NCBI GenBank assembly: GCA_964512655.1
Contig: CAZEJT010000011.1
Location: 2,848-66,847, forward strand
DNA: 64,000 nt
Direction: 5' to 3'
DNA from: an uncultured Chlorobiaceae bacterium
GTDB lineage: Bacteria > Bacteroidota > Ignavibacteria > UBA10030 > SZUA-254
A model generated the notes under the pieces. The model was not told the DNA's origin. It saw only the letters and a list, made by a program, of their open reading frames with translations, and did no database searches. Made by a program: the position numbers and the translations under genes. Of this stretch, positions 20,744 to 30,804 are shown piece by piece. How positions within the stretch are numbered: position 1 is the stretch's first letter; each line of letters begins with the position of its first letter.

Positions 20744-21490
20744 ATGTATAACAAGACCAGAGCACAGCTGACACCGGTAGATCAGGAATTCATCGCGAGC
20801 TCTCTTGGCGCGACGCAGGAAGAGCAGTCGGCAATTCTGCGCCTGACGGGAGATCCCGATTCGGTGACGGACCTGCTGCACGATCGCCGGCTCTTTCAGC
20901 GCTCGATGACGGTTCCCCCGGCGTTTCTCTCGGTCTCTCCCCACCTGTTCTTTTATGTCTTCGTCTATCAGGCGCTCGAGCAGAAGCACATCGCCGATGA
21001 CGACGTCGTGGACTATGTCGCGGGAGTCTGCGTCGAGTTCCGCTCCGCCGAGTCGTTCTGGCGGCTCTCCTCCTCGGGCGACAGGACGATCTACGCGGTC
21101 GATCTGATCAACCTGCTCGGAGACGTCGACAAGCACCAGCAGTACTTTCTCCGCCGGTTCATCGGCAACGCGTCGCTCTTCCTGACCGGTTTCTTCCCCG
21201 ATTTCATTTTCCAGAGGAGCAAGCGGAAGGGCGCCCCGCCGATCCAGTACTACGAGGCGATCGGGATGAGGCAGTACGAGTCGGCGGCGACGGATTCTCT
21301 TTCGTACGAGGCAAACGCCGCTCCCGTCCTCGGCACGCTGGCGGAACGCTTCGTCGAGATCCGCTCGGCGATCAACGTCTATACAGACGCGCACCTGAAT
21401 CTGATGAATCCGAAGAGATCGCTCGACCGGATCGAGCGGCAGGCGGCGACGCTCGATGAAGACACCTTTCGCCAATCCCTAGAGCTCTAA
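20744..21490 (+). CDS. Conserved hypothetical protein
   Basis: GAGGG RBS, coherent helical ORF with IGNASLFLTGFFPD...YYEAIG..QY motif; function unknown. Confidence 0.8.
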   Translation: MYNKTRAQLTPVDQEFIASSLGATQEEQSAILRLTGDPDSVTDLLHDRRLFQRSMTVPPAFLSVSPHLFFYVFVYQALEQKHIADDDVVDYVAGVCVEFRSAESFWRLSSSGDRTIYAVDLINLLGDVDKHQQYFLRRFIGNASLFLTGFFPDFIFQRSKRKGAPPIQYYEAIGMRQYESAATDSLSYEANAAPVLGTLAERFVEIRSAINVYTDAHLNLMNPKRSLDRIERQAATLDEDTFRQSLEL

Positions 21491-21493
21491 CCT

Positions 21494-21518
21494 TTAGGCG
21501 CCGGCTTTAGCCGGCGTG
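21494..21518 (+). repeat. REP family A copy between convergent genes
   Basis: TTAGGCGCCGGCTTTAGCCGGCGTG. Confidence 0.85.
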
Positions 21519-21524
21519 CGCCCG

Positions 21525-22265
21525 CTAGCCGAACCACGCCCGCAGGAACTCCCGGTTCAATCTCGCGATGTTGAGAACAGAAATCTTCTTGGGGCACTCC
21601 GCCTCGCACGCGTAGGTGTTGGAGCAGTTCCCGAACCCTTCTTCGTCCATGCGCGCCGTCATGTTCCTCGCGCGCTCTTTTCTTTCCGCCTTCCCCTGTG
21701 GAAGGAGAGCGAGGTGCGCGATCTTCGCGCTCACGAACAGCATCGCCGAGGAATTCTTGCACGCGGCCACGCACGCGCCGCATCCGATACACGCCGCGGC
21801 GTCGAAGGCCGCGTCCGCATCGGGTTTGGGGACCGGGATGGCGTTGCCGTCGGGCACTCCCCCCGTATCCACCGAGACGTAGCCACCCGCCTGGATGATC
21901 CTGTCGAAGGACGAGCGGTCGACGACGAGGTCTTTTATCACCGGAAACGCCTTCGCCCGCCACGGCTCGACGACGATCGTCTCCCCGTCCGGGAAGGAGC
22001 GCATATAGAGCTGGCAGGTGGCCACTCCTTTGAGCGGGCCGTGCGCGCGCCCGTTGATGCACACGCCGCAGCTTCCGCAGATTCCTTCCCTGCAGTCGTG
22101 GTCGAAGGCGATGGTATCTTCGCCTCTGGAGGCGAGCCTCCGGTTGACCGAATCGAGCATCTCCAGGAACGACATGTCCGCTTCGATACCCTCCGCCCTG
22201 TACTCGACGAAGCCCCCCTTCTCGTCGCGGGAGCGCTGGCGCCACACCTTGAGCGTGAAATTCAT
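21525..22265 (-). CDS. sdhB: Succinate dehydrogenase/fumarate reductase iron-sulfur subunit
   Basis: [20 protein letters not shown] and [12 protein letters not shown] cysteine clusters. Confidence 0.96.
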   Translation of the reverse strand: MNFTLKVWRQRSRDEKGGFVEYRAEGIEADMSFLEMLDSVNRRLASRGEDTIAFDHDCREGICGSCGVCINGRAHGPLKGVATCQLYMRSFPDGETIVVEPWRAKAFPVIKDLVVDRSSFDRIIQAGGYVSVDTGGVPDGNAIPVPKPDADAAFDAAACIGCGACVAACKNSSAMLFVSAKIAHLALLPQGKAERKERARNMTARMDEEGFGNCSNTYACEAECPKKISVLNIARLNREFLRAWFG

Positions 22266-22275
22266 GTGTGGCTCC

Positions 22276-24189
22276 TCATGTGTAGCTCCGCTGCGACGGC
22301 TTCACGTATTCGAACCGGAGGGGTTCCTTGTGGAGCACGGGGGGCTCCCCCGTGCCCTTGAACTCCCACGCCGCCACGTACGAGAAATGCTCATCGTCGC
22401 GCCTGGCTTCTCCCTCCTCCGTCTGGCTTTCTTCCCTGAAATGACCGCCGCACGACTCGGTCCTGTGGAGGGCGTCTCTGACAATCAGCTCCGCCAGTTC
22501 GAGAAAGTCCGCCACGCGCCCACCCATCTCGATCTCCGCATTGAAATTGTCCGCGCTTCCCGGAATCCTCACGTCCCTCCAGAACTCCTCCCGAAGCGCA
22601 GGCACGAGCGCAAGCGCCTTCGTCAGGCTCGCCTCGCTGCGCGACATGCCGCAGAGATCCCACATGACCTTTCCAAGCTCGCGGTGGAAGTCGTCCACGG
22701 TCCGCCTGCCCTTCGCGGAGAGGAGCCTCTTCGTCGACTCTTCGACGCGGGCTGAGGATTCTCTGACGGCGGGGTCTGAGGGCTCGATCTTTTGAAACTT
22801 CGTGGTCGCGAGGTAATCGCCGATGGTGTACGGGATGATGAAATAGCCGTCTGCGAGGCCCTGCATGAGAGCGCTTGCGCCGAGGCGGTTGGCGCCGTGG
22901 TCGGAAAAGTTGGCCTCTCCCAGAACGTAGAGGCCGGGGATCGTGCTCATCAGGTTGTAGTCGACCCACAGCCCTCCCATCGTGTAATGAATCGCCGGGT
23001 AAATCCGCATCGGCGTCCCGTAGGCGTTTTCGGCCGTGATCTCATGGTACATGTCGAACAGATTCCCGTACTTCGACTCCACCCACTCGCGCCCGTTGCG
23101 CGTGATGACGTCCTCAAAATCGAGATAGACCGCGTAGCCCGTGGCTCCGACGCCGAACCCCTTGTCGCACATTTCCTTCGCGCGCCGCGACGCGACGTCG
23201 CGCGGTACGAGATTGCCGAACGACGGATAGAGGCGTTCGAGGTAGTAATCGCGCTCCGCGTCCGGGATGTCCTTCGGGTTGCGCTTGTCTCCCGCCTTCC
23301 TGGGAACCCAGATCCGCCCGTCGTTCCTGAGACTCTCGCTCATCAGCGTGAGCTTCGACTGATGCTCGCTCGAAACGGGGATGCACGTCGGGTGGATCTG
23401 CGTGAAGCAGGGGTTGGCGAAGAGAGCGCCCCGCTTGTGCGCCCGCCAGATCGCCGTCGCGTTCGACTGCTTGGCGTTGGTCGAGAGATAAAAGACGTTT
23501 CCGTACCCGCCGGTCGCGAGGATCACCGCGTCTCCGAGATACGTCTCGGTGGCGCCGGTGACGAGATTCCGCGCGATGACTCCCCGCGCCCTGCCGTCCG
23601 CCATGACAAGATCGAGCATCTCGCGCCGGGCGTAGAACTGCACGCGTTTCTGCTCCATTTGCCTGCAGAGCGCCGAGTACGCGCCGAGGAGAAGCTGCTG
23701 TCCCGTCTGGCCGCGGGCGTAGAACGTGCGGCTGACCTGGGCGCCGCCGAACGAGCGGTTATCGAGATGCCCTCCGTATTCCCGCGCGAAGGGTACTCCC
23801 TGTGCCACGCACTGGTCGATGATGTTGTTGCTCACCTCGGCGAGCCGGTAGACGTTCGCTTCGCGCGACCTGTAGTCTCCGCCTTTGACGGTGTCGTAGA
23901 AGAGCCGCCAGACGCTGTCCCCGTCGTTCTTGTAGTTCTTGGGGGCGTTGATCCCGCCCTGGGCGGCGATGCTGTGTGCCCGGCGGGGCGATTCGTGATA
24001 GCAAAGGGATGTCACGTTGTAGCCGAGCTCGGCGAGCGAGGCGGCCGCGGACGCTCCGGCGAGCCCGGTGCCCACCACAACGATGCGGTACTTCCGCTTG
24101 TTGGCCGGATTGACGAGCTTGAGGTTGAAGCGGTGCTCCCTCCACTTCTTCTCGATGGCTCCCGCGGGTATCTTCGAAGTAAGCTCCAT
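22276..24189 (-). CDS. sdhA: Succinate dehydrogenase/fumarate reductase flavoprotein subunit
   Basis: [20 protein letters not shown] covalent-FAD motif, [11 protein letters not shown]; start taken at MELTSK (24189). Confidence 0.96.
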   Translation of the reverse strand: MELTSKIPAGAIEKKWREHRFNLKLVNPANKRKYRIVVVGTGLAGASAAASLAELGYNVTSLCYHESPRRAHSIAAQGGINAPKNYKNDGDSVWRLFYDTVKGGDYRSREANVYRLAEVSNNIIDQCVAQGVPFAREYGGHLDNRSFGGAQVSRTFYARGQTGQQLLLGAYSALCRQMEQKRVQFYARREMLDLVMADGRARGVIARNLVTGATETYLGDAVILATGGYGNVFYLSTNAKQSNATAIWRAHKRGALFANPCFTQIHPTCIPVSSEHQSKLTLMSESLRNDGRIWVPRKAGDKRNPKDIPDAERDYYLERLYPSFGNLVPRDVASRRAKEMCDKGFGVGATGYAVYLDFEDVITRNGREWVESKYGNLFDMYHEITAENAYGTPMRIYPAIHYTMGGLWVDYNLMSTIPGLYVLGEANFSDHGANRLGASALMQGLADGYFIIPYTIGDYLATTKFQKIEPSDPAVRESSARVEESTKRLLSAKGRRTVDDFHRELGKVMWDLCGMSRSEASLTKALALVPALREEFWRDVRIPGSADNFNAEIEMGGRVADFLELAELIVRDALHRTESCGGHFREESQTEEGEARRDDEHFSYVAAWEFKGTGEPPVLHKEPLRFEYVKPSQRSYT

Positions 24190-24191
24190 CG

Positions 24192-24863
24192 TCAGTGAAA
24201 CCAGTGACAGGCGCGCGTGAAGAGAACGACCGGCATGGCCGCGAAGAGCGCCGGTATGACGAGCCAAAAGAGGACCCCAGCCCACTCGATAACGGGGGCA
24301 TATTTCGCGTTCCGGAGGCCGAACGTCTGGAACGCCGATTGAAATCCGTGCCGGAGGTGGAACGCAAGAAGCACCATCGCGGCGACGTAGAACAGGCTGT
24401 AGAGCGGGCTCGAGAAGGAGTCGGTCACCAGCGCGTACATTGAGAAATTATCGCGGTGCGAGAACCGGGACGGGAACCAGAACGACTTCATGTGGATCAC
24501 GAGGAAGATGAAGAGGATGCTCCCCGAGAGGAACATCGTGCGCGAAAAGAGGGTGCTGCTTTCCGATGGATCGGTCTTCAGGTACTTCTCAGGCCGGGCT
24601 TTCCTGTTCTGGATCCAGAGGTATGTCCCCGTGACGATGTGCAGGATAAAAATCGCGTAGAGGATATACTCGACAACGCTGACAACGAGGAGGCTCGGGA
24701 GAAGCTCGGCGTAGGCATCGAACGCGGCTCCTCCGTCGTTCCTGAACAGCAGCAGGTTCCCCGCGACGTGAACGACGAGGTACGCGCAGAGGCACAACCC
24801 TGTGAGTCCCGCGATCAGCTTCCTGCCGATGGAGGACCGGTAGAGCGCAATCAGCGTTCCCAT
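24192..24863 (-). CDS. sdhC: Succinate dehydrogenase cytochrome b subunit
   Basis: [13 protein letters not shown], heme-ligand His residues, [14 protein letters not shown]. Confidence 0.93.
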   Translation of the reverse strand: MGTLIALYRSSIGRKLIAGLTGLCLCAYLVVHVAGNLLLFRNDGGAAFDAYAELLPSLLVVSVVEYILYAIFILHIVTGTYLWIQNRKARPEKYLKTDPSESSTLFSRTMFLSGSILFIFLVIHMKSFWFPSRFSHRDNFSMYALVTDSFSSPLYSLFYVAAMVLLAFHLRHGFQSAFQTFGLRNAKYAPVIEWAGVLFWLVIPALFAAMPVVLFTRACHWFH

Positions 24864-24902
24864 TCGCCCCGCGTTTCACGTCCTGGATCGTTCACGGCTG
24901 CA

Positions 24903-24931
24903 AATGTACCAAATGAGGTATCTACATGCAA
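24903..24931 (-). promoter_or_regulatory. Putative sigma70 promoter of sdhCAB
   Basis: TTGCAT-N17-TACATT with an extended TG before the -10. Confidence 0.55.
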
Positions 24932-24940
24932 TGACTTTTG

Positions 24941-25396
24941 TCAGGCCGGAATTTCGCGGACTGTCGGGGGCGGCTCGTTCAGGACAAGCCAGTAGAGCTG
25001 AAGCTGCTTCACCGCATCGGCGAATTTGAGGAAGTCGACCGGCTTGCGGATATAGCTGTTCGCGCCGAGCTTGTAGCCCCTCAAGAGATCCTGCTCCTCG
25101 GCGGAGGAGGTGAGGATCACGACGGGGAGAAGGCTCGTGCGCTGGTCTCCGCGGATCCTCTGGAGGACCTGCAGGCCGTCGATCTTTGGAAGCTTTAAAT
25201 CGAGGAGCACGATTGCCGGAAGATCTCCGACATCCCTCCCGGCGTGGGCGCCGGCTGCGAAGAGGTAGTCGAGCGCTTCCGCCCCGTCCCGCGCAACCTG
25301 CACGCTGTTAAGAACATTGCTCTTGGTCAGGGCATGGACGGTAAGCTCCTCGTCGTCCGGATTATCCTCCACAAGCAGAATGACTTTATTTAGCAT
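24941..25396 (-). CDS. Single-domain response regulator (Rcp1-like)
   Basis: ILLVEDNPDD, LLDLKLPKIDG, LTSS, GANSYIRKP. Confidence 0.93.
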   Translation of the reverse strand: MLNKVILLVEDNPDDEELTVHALTKSNVLNSVQVARDGAEALDYLFAAGAHAGRDVGDLPAIVLLDLKLPKIDGLQVLQRIRGDQRTSLLPVVILTSSAEEQDLLRGYKLGANSYIRKPVDFLKFADAVKQLQLYWLVLNEPPPTVREIPA

Positions 25397-25414
25397 GTTA
25401 TGCGTAGACTCCCT

Positions 25415-26296
25415 TCAGTTGTAATGAACCGAATCCCCGATGAATTTGCGGATCGACATCGCGCTTCCGAACAAGCCGAGAACGACCCCCACCAGCACCA
25501 ATTGGAGGTAAAAGAGCGGCTCGATGCGGAGAAACTGCGCCAGCTCCGCCGAGACGAGCCCTTCCGCGATCGAGAGGACATAGTAGACGATCCCCGCCGC
25601 CGCCGCGCCTCCCACGAGGCCCTGGAACACCCCCTCGAAGAGAAACGGCGCGCGCACCACAGCGCGCGATGCGCCCACAAGCTTCATCGTGCGCAGCGCT
25701 TTCCTGCGCGCGTAGATCGTGAGACGGATCGTATTCGACACCAGAAAGATCGCCGAGATGGCGATGACGACTCCCAGTCCCAGTCCCACGGCATAGAGCG
25801 TGTTCGTCTGCCGGTCGATGAACTCAAGCATCTCCTTCTTGTAGACCACCTCTCCGATTCCCTGGATGCCCGCCACCTTCGCGTGCACGGCGTCGGCGCC
25901 TGAGGGTGTCCGGTAGCCGTCCTTTAGATAAATCTTGAACGAAGGCGGCAGAGGATTGAACTCGAGGACCTTGCCGATGTCCTCGCCGAATTCCTGCCTG
26001 AAAATTTTCGCCGCATCGTCTTTCGAAATATACTGGACCCGGTCCACTCCCTCGGTTGCAAGGAGCCGGGTCCTGATGTCATCCGTTTTCTGCTGCGACG
26101 CCGGCTCGATCAGGAATGCCTCCATCTCCACGCGCGACCGGATGCTCTCTACGATCCGCGAGGTGTTCGTCGAGATCACGTAGAAGAGTCCCAAAAGGAG
26201 GAGCGCGATCGTCATGGTGATGACGGATCCGGCCGCCGAGAGCTTCGCCCTCCTGAACCCCGAAAAGCCTTCCTTCATGACGTACAGAACGCTCAT
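25415..26296 (-). CDS. ftsX: Cell division permease-like protein FtsX
   Basis: NPLPPS, LVSNTIRLTIYARR...MKLVGAS...PFLFEG; start taken at MSVLYV (26296). Confidence 0.93.
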   Translation of the reverse strand: MSVLYVMKEGFSGFRRAKLSAAGSVITMTIALLLLGLFYVISTNTSRIVESIRSRVEMEAFLIEPASQQKTDDIRTRLLATEGVDRVQYISKDDAAKIFRQEFGEDIGKVLEFNPLPPSFKIYLKDGYRTPSGADAVHAKVAGIQGIGEVVYKKEMLEFIDRQTNTLYAVGLGLGVVIAISAIFLVSNTIRLTIYARRKALRTMKLVGASRAVVRAPFLFEGVFQGLVGGAAAAGIVYYVLSIAEGLVSAELAQFLRIEPLFYLQLVLVGVVLGLFGSAMSIRKFIGDSVHYN

Positions 26297-26304
26297 CGTG
26301 CGCG

Positions 26305-26808
26305 TCAGAAGTTCGATCTGTCGCGCCAGCGGGCGATCTTCCACGGCTCGCCGGACGAGGAGCGCACGAACGTGAGGTCCGCGTACCCGTCGACCCGCAC
26401 CACGTCGCTCGGGTTAAACGTCACCGTGAGGTTGTATCCCCGCTCGATCGTCTGAACCGTGTCGCTCAGCGCCAGGGGCACCTCGGCGTTCCAGATGAGC
26501 GTGAGCGACTGGACATTCTGGAAGAGCCCGTATGTGACCCTCATCTCGTCGTCTCTCCCCCAGCTCACGTCAACCGCGTGATCGTAGTCGGTGTAAATGA
26601 ACGTAAAATCGGGCGCGATCAGCGTTCCGTAGAGCGTCGTGTCCTTGAATGAATACGCGTTCCGGAACGAGCAGAAGAGATTCTCGATCACGGTGAAATC
26701 GCTGCACGTCTCGGAGGTCAGCTCCGTATCAAGCCTCGGCGCGAAAGGGTTGAGGCAGCTGAAGGCCGCCAGACAGAGTGCGAACGGTATCAGGAGGAGC
26801 CGTTTCAC
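26305..26808 (-). CDS. Hypothetical lipoprotein (possible NTF2/SnoaL-like fold)
   Basis: Lipobox AFSC; FRNAY...DFTF; terminal WKIARWRD. Confidence 0.75.
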   Translation of the reverse strand: MKRLLLIPFALCLAAFSCLNPFAPRLDTELTSETCSDFTVIENLFCSFRNAYSFKDTTLYGTLIAPDFTFIYTDYDHAVDVSWGRDDEMRVTYGLFQNVQSLTLIWNAEVPLALSDTVQTIERGYNLTVTFNPSDVVRVDGYADLTFVRSSSGEPWKIARWRDRSNF

Positions 26809-26823
26809 GCAGCAGAATCCCCG

Positions 26824-27408
26824 TCAACTCCCGCTGAACACCGCTTTCCAGTAGCTCCAGGTCGAATCGGTCGTTGTCCGCGAATCCTGCCAGCGGTAGA
26901 TCGACCAGAGCTTTCGTGAATCCGTCCCGAGGTAGAGCTGCATGTTCCCCTGCACGGCCTGAGGAACGCCGTCTCTCTTGTGCGGATAAAACAGCGTGTA
27001 GTTCAGGTTGTAAATGACAGAGTCGGTTCCCGTGTACACCGGCGCCTGGTTTGGAAACGTCAGCGACGGGGCGCCGTTAGAGGGGAGCCCGAGATTCTGG
27101 AAATACCTTCGTTCCGATTCGAGGCTCCACGCGCTGAAGATGCTCGGGAAACGGGCGCGCGCTTCGGGCGCCGGGATGAATTCGTACCGCCGCACAGTTG
27201 AATCCATGAAACAGCGCATGTAGTTGTCGGCGTTATCCTCGGCGAACGCGAACTGCAGGTTTCTCAGCACAATGTCATAGGTGGTGGGAGGCGTGAATGT
27301 CGAGGTGTTCTCCGTGGGCATCGCGGGGTCGCGCGTTTGGAAGAGGTCGCATGCGGCGAGGGAGGCGAGGAGGAGCGCCACGACGGGGGCCTGCGCCCGG
27401 AGCCTCAC
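26824..27408 (-). CDS. Hypothetical lipoprotein, distant paralog of its neighbour
   Basis: Lipobox LAAC; NLQFAF...YEFIP; WSIYRWQD. Confidence 0.75.
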   Translation of the reverse strand: MRLRAQAPVVALLLASLAACDLFQTRDPAMPTENTSTFTPPTTYDIVLRNLQFAFAEDNADNYMRCFMDSTVRRYEFIPAPEARARFPSIFSAWSLESERRYFQNLGLPSNGAPSLTFPNQAPVYTGTDSVIYNLNYTLFYPHKRDGVPQAVQGNMQLYLGTDSRKLWSIYRWQDSRTTTDSTWSYWKAVFSGS

Positions 27409-28001
27409 ACCGTCACTCTTCCTTCCAGGGCCCTGCTCAGCGTCGCCTCGTCCGACATTTCGAGATCCCCCCCGATGGGAATGCCCCGGGCAAGCCGCGT
27501 GATTTTGACGCCGAGAGGCCTGAGGAGCCGCGTCAGGTAAATCGTCGTGGCTTCTCCCTCGACATTCGGGTTGAGCGCGAGGATGATCTCCGCCACGCCG
27601 GGCCTGATGCGCTCGAGCAGTTCCTTCACCTTTAGGTCCTCGGGACCGATCCCGTCAAGGGGCGAAAGCGATCCTCCGAGGACGTGATAGAGGCCCGGGT
27701 ACTCGTTCGTCTTTTCGAGCGCGATGACGTCGCTCGGCTCTTCGACGACGCAGATCAGGGCGGGGTTCCGCTTGGAGCCCGAGCAGATCGCGCAGGGGTC
27801 GCTCTCGGTAAACGTCCAGCAGGTCGTGCAGTACTTCATCTTCTCCCTCACGGCGACGAGCGCGTGCGCCAGCTCTAGGACCTCCTCCTTCGGGACCTTC
27901 AGGAAATGGAGAGCGAGGCGCTGGGCGGACTTGTGCCCGATGCCCGGGAGTTTCGAGAGCTCTTCAGTCAGCTGCTTTAACGAGTCGGGAATCTGGGGCA
28001 T
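27405..28001 (-). CDS. recR: Recombination mediator RecR
   Basis: LPGIGHKSAQRLA, C4 zinc finger, Toprim (NPNVEGEAT). Confidence 0.97.
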   Translation of the reverse strand: MPQIPDSLKQLTEELSKLPGIGHKSAQRLALHFLKVPKEEVLELAHALVAVREKMKYCTTCWTFTESDPCAICSGSKRNPALICVVEEPSDVIALEKTNEYPGLYHVLGGSLSPLDGIGPEDLKVKELLERIRPGVAEIILALNPNVEGEATTIYLTRLLRPLGVKITRLARGIPIGGDLEMSDEATLSRALEGRVTV

Positions 28002-28011
28002 CGTATCCTGT

Positions 28012-28216
28012 GTAGGCGCCGGCTTTAGCCGGCGTTGGCTGAATGATCAAATCGGTTCAACTGGTGTCACGGTCCATACCCTGACACGACCCGGGAAACG
28101 CTGCCGAGCCTGCGTCGGCGAATTATCCTCCTCTCGATCGTTCCGCCGCTCCGCGGCGGAATGCTGCTTCGGGGCGCTCCGCGCCCCCACTTGTAGGCGC
28201 CGGCTTCAGCCGGCGT
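28012..28216 (+). repeat. BIME-like mosaic between ybaB and recR (A-B-C-A)
   Basis: REP-A 28012-28035, family B 28062-28087, family C 28134-28192, REP-A 28193-28216. Confidence 0.85.
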
Positions 28217-28283
28217 CTCAGCAGATAAACCGCATCGGTTGCGGAGCGCGAATACCGCCGTGAGGGTGAACGGAAGGAGGGGC

Positions 28284-28619
28284 TCAAAAGCCGGGCAGGT
28301 TCAGACCAGGGATATTGGGAAGCATTCCTGAGGTCGCCTTGCTCATTTCTTCCTGGGCAACCTTCTGCGACTCCTCAAGGGCTTTGTTGACCGCCGCGAC
28401 GACAAGATCCTCAAGCATCTCGGCGTCGGCGGGATTGATGACCTCTTTCTCGATCTGGATCTTCGTGAGCTGCTGTCTGCCGTTGGCGGTGACCTTCACC
28501 ATCCCTCCGCCGGATTCGGCGGTCACGGTTTTCCGCTCCAGCTCGGCCTGGGCCTGAGCCATCCTCTCCTGCATCTTCTGCACCTGCTTCATCATTCCCT
28601 GCAAATTCGGCACGACCAT
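28284..28619 (-). CDS. ybaB: YbaB/EbfC nucleoid-associated protein
   Basis: MMKQVQKMQ...[13 protein letters not shown]...[12 protein letters not shown]; upstream of recR. Confidence 0.96.
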   Translation of the reverse strand: MVVPNLQGMMKQVQKMQERMAQAQAELERKTVTAESGGGMVKVTANGRQQLTKIQIEKEVINPADAEMLEDLVVAAVNKALEESQKVAQEEMSKATSGMLPNIPGLNLPGF

Positions 28620-28740
28620 CGTACGCCCTTGAGAAAAGTGTCTTCATCCGTGGCGGAAGGCAACCGTGCCCAAGCGGTGACATGCCCGGTTGCGCAGTAT
28701 GTGTGAATATATCTTTTTGGGGGGGGAAAACCAAACCTTT

Positions 28741-28769
28741 TTGACTTGCCGGCTTAATTTCAGTACAAT
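28741..28769 (+). promoter_or_regulatory. Sigma70 promoter
   Basis: TTGACT-N17-TACAAT, 45 nt upstream of ATG 28815. Confidence 0.7.
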
Positions 28770-28814
28770 CCAGAGACCTTCGGGAGAACCCCTATCCATT
28801 GCTCGATCGGCCTC

Positions 28815-29948
28815 ATGAGAACCGGCTGCATGATGTTCCTCCATCTGCTGACGTTGACGGCCCTTGCACAGACGCCCTCGATCCGGGTCAAGATCAACGG
28901 CGGTATCGACACCGCCAACTCGGATATCTCCCAGGTCATCCATCTCTGGAAAAGTTACCTTAACTCAAATCCCGACAGCGTCTACGACAACCCGTACTGG
29001 AACGACGCTGAGAAATGGATGTATTCGGGCAAGTTCGACCTTTTGAATTCGACCTATTACAGCCCCAGTCTCTATGCCTACCTGCCGTACTGGAGGGCGA
29101 CCATCATGAGTGTTTCTCAAATCAAAGGCGGGTTCGCTCTCCGGACGCTTTTTGCAACCACCGACTCGGGTTTCGCGTATCCGATGTGTATCGCGGAAGT
29201 CGGTGCGATGAAAGAGGGCGGCCGCTACAGGCTCTGCAATATGCTGCCGATGAATACAAGCGGCTGGGGCCACGAAAAGGTCGGGAGCGTACGGTTCATC
29301 TTCCCTCCTTCGCATACATTTGACCGGGATCTAGCCCTGCGCATGAACTCGTTCGTCGACTCGCTCACCGCCCTCTGGAACATCAGGCCTGTCGATGTCG
29401 ACTACTATCTCGCGGATACCCGGGACGAACTCTATAAGGCGATCGGGCTTGACTATCACCTCGGCGAGGGTAACATCGCGCGGCCTTCCGGCTCATCGGA
29501 TGCCCGGAACCGAATTGTGTACGGGGCCGGTCAGGGCGAGTACTATCCGCACGAGTTTGTACACGTATACATGAGTCCGCTCTTTACGAACTGCCACGGA
29601 TATTTCCATGAGGGGTATGCGACGCTTCTGGGGGGCCATAAAGGGCACGACCTCAGCTGGCATATCAGGCGAATGGATCGATATCTCATGGAACATCCCG
29701 CTCTCGACCTCGATACCGTACTTGGTTTCTGGGATATGGACTTCCAGACGACTCCGCTATACGTTTTTGGCGGCCTGCTCTGCAAAATGGCGGAGGACAA
29801 GGGCGGGCTTCCGATGCTGAAGCGGCTGATGTCATCGGGCAAGACAGACGATGACTTCTACCGCGCGATCGAAGACATTTTCGGTGTTCCGCGGACTAAG
29901 CTGAACGGGTTCCTGCGAAGCAAGATCTCCGAGTATGCATCAAAGTAG
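28815..29948 (+). CDS. Secreted protein with a gluzincin-like zinc metallopeptidase motif
   Basis: Signal peptide; HEFVH followed by FHEGYAT (third ligand Glu). Confidence 0.7.
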   Translation: MRTGCMMFLHLLTLTALAQTPSIRVKINGGIDTANSDISQVIHLWKSYLNSNPDSVYDNPYWNDAEKWMYSGKFDLLNSTYYSPSLYAYLPYWRATIMSVSQIKGGFALRTLFATTDSGFAYPMCIAEVGAMKEGGRYRLCNMLPMNTSGWGHEKVGSVRFIFPPSHTFDRDLALRMNSFVDSLTALWNIRPVDVDYYLADTRDELYKAIGLDYHLGEGNIARPSGSSDARNRIVYGAGQGEYYPHEFVHVYMSPLFTNCHGYFHEGYATLLGGHKGHDLSWHIRRMDRYLMEHPALDLDTVLGFWDMDFQTTPLYVFGGLLCKMAEDKGGLPMLKRLMSSGKTDDDFYRAIEDIFGVPRTKLNGFLRSKISEYASK

Positions 29949-29954
29949 CGAGCG

Positions 29955-30587
29955 ATGAAGCTCCTCGTCATCGGAGCAACAGGCGGAACTGGCCGCGCCC
30001 TCGTGGAGCAGGCGCTGGCTCAGGGTCATTCGGTCAGGGCCCTCGTGCGCAACCCAGCGGGCGTGACGAGAACCCACGATCGGCTCGAAGTCCTGACCGG
30101 CAATGTGCTCGACTACGGCTCCGTCGAGCGGGCAGTGGATGGAGCGGACGCAGTGCTCTCCACCCTCGGACACAAGAAGTGGTTTATCAAATCGACCATT
30201 CTGTCTGACGGGACCCGGAATATCATCCGCGCGATGGATAAGCACGGGGTAAAGCGCTTCATCTGCGAGACATCGCTCGGGATCGGAGACAGCCGGTTCC
30301 GGCTTGGGCTCTATTACACGCTCTTTGTCATTCCCGTCATCACCTACTTTTACTTCAAAGACAAGGAGCGGCAGGAGGCTCTCATCAGAGAAAGCTCGCT
30401 CGATTGGACGATCGTCCGGCCGGGCCAGCTGACGAACGGAAGACGGCGGGGTACTTACCGGCAGGGACGGAACATCGGCAGTTACGTCTTGACGGTCAGA
30501 ATCTCACGCGCGGATGTGGCCGATTGCATGCTGAAACTCCTGAACCATCACTCCTACGACAGGCAAACCGTAGAAGTGGCTTACTGA
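29955..30587 (+). CDS. NAD(P)-binding oxidoreductase (atypical SDR, flavin reductase-like)
   Basis: IGATGGTG, LDWTIVRPGQL, ISRADVA. Confidence 0.92.
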   Translation: MKLLVIGATGGTGRALVEQALAQGHSVRALVRNPAGVTRTHDRLEVLTGNVLDYGSVERAVDGADAVLSTLGHKKWFIKSTILSDGTRNIIRAMDKHGVKRFICETSLGIGDSRFRLGLYYTLFVIPVITYFYFKDKERQEALIRESSLDWTIVRPGQLTNGRRRGTYRQGRNIGSYVLTVRISRADVADCMLKLLNHHSYDRQTVEVAY

Positions 30588-30648
30588 TACCTCGCCGCAA
30601 GGCGGAGACCGCTCTGCCGGCGCCCGGGAAAGCGCTTCGATCGCCGGG

Positions 30649-30677
30649 TTGACTCTATACGATCAAAATCATACATT
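30649..30677 (+). promoter_or_regulatory. Sigma70 promoter
   Basis: TTGACT-N17-TACATT upstream of the T9SS cargo gene. Confidence 0.65.
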
Positions 30678-30804
30678 CGCTTTGGTCGATTCTGACCTCC
30701 GCGGCTCAGACCCCATGACGACCCACCGTTCGTATGGATGAAGACCTGAGGGGTTGGCCGATGTTCCGTGAATACGATTAACCTCATCCAATCCTGGAGG
30801 GCCT

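Noticed and set aside
28620-28740. SRP RNA (ffs) upstream of ybaB-recR
   Set aside because: The conserved helix-8 motif (CAGG..CGGAAG..AGCAG) is absent on both strands.
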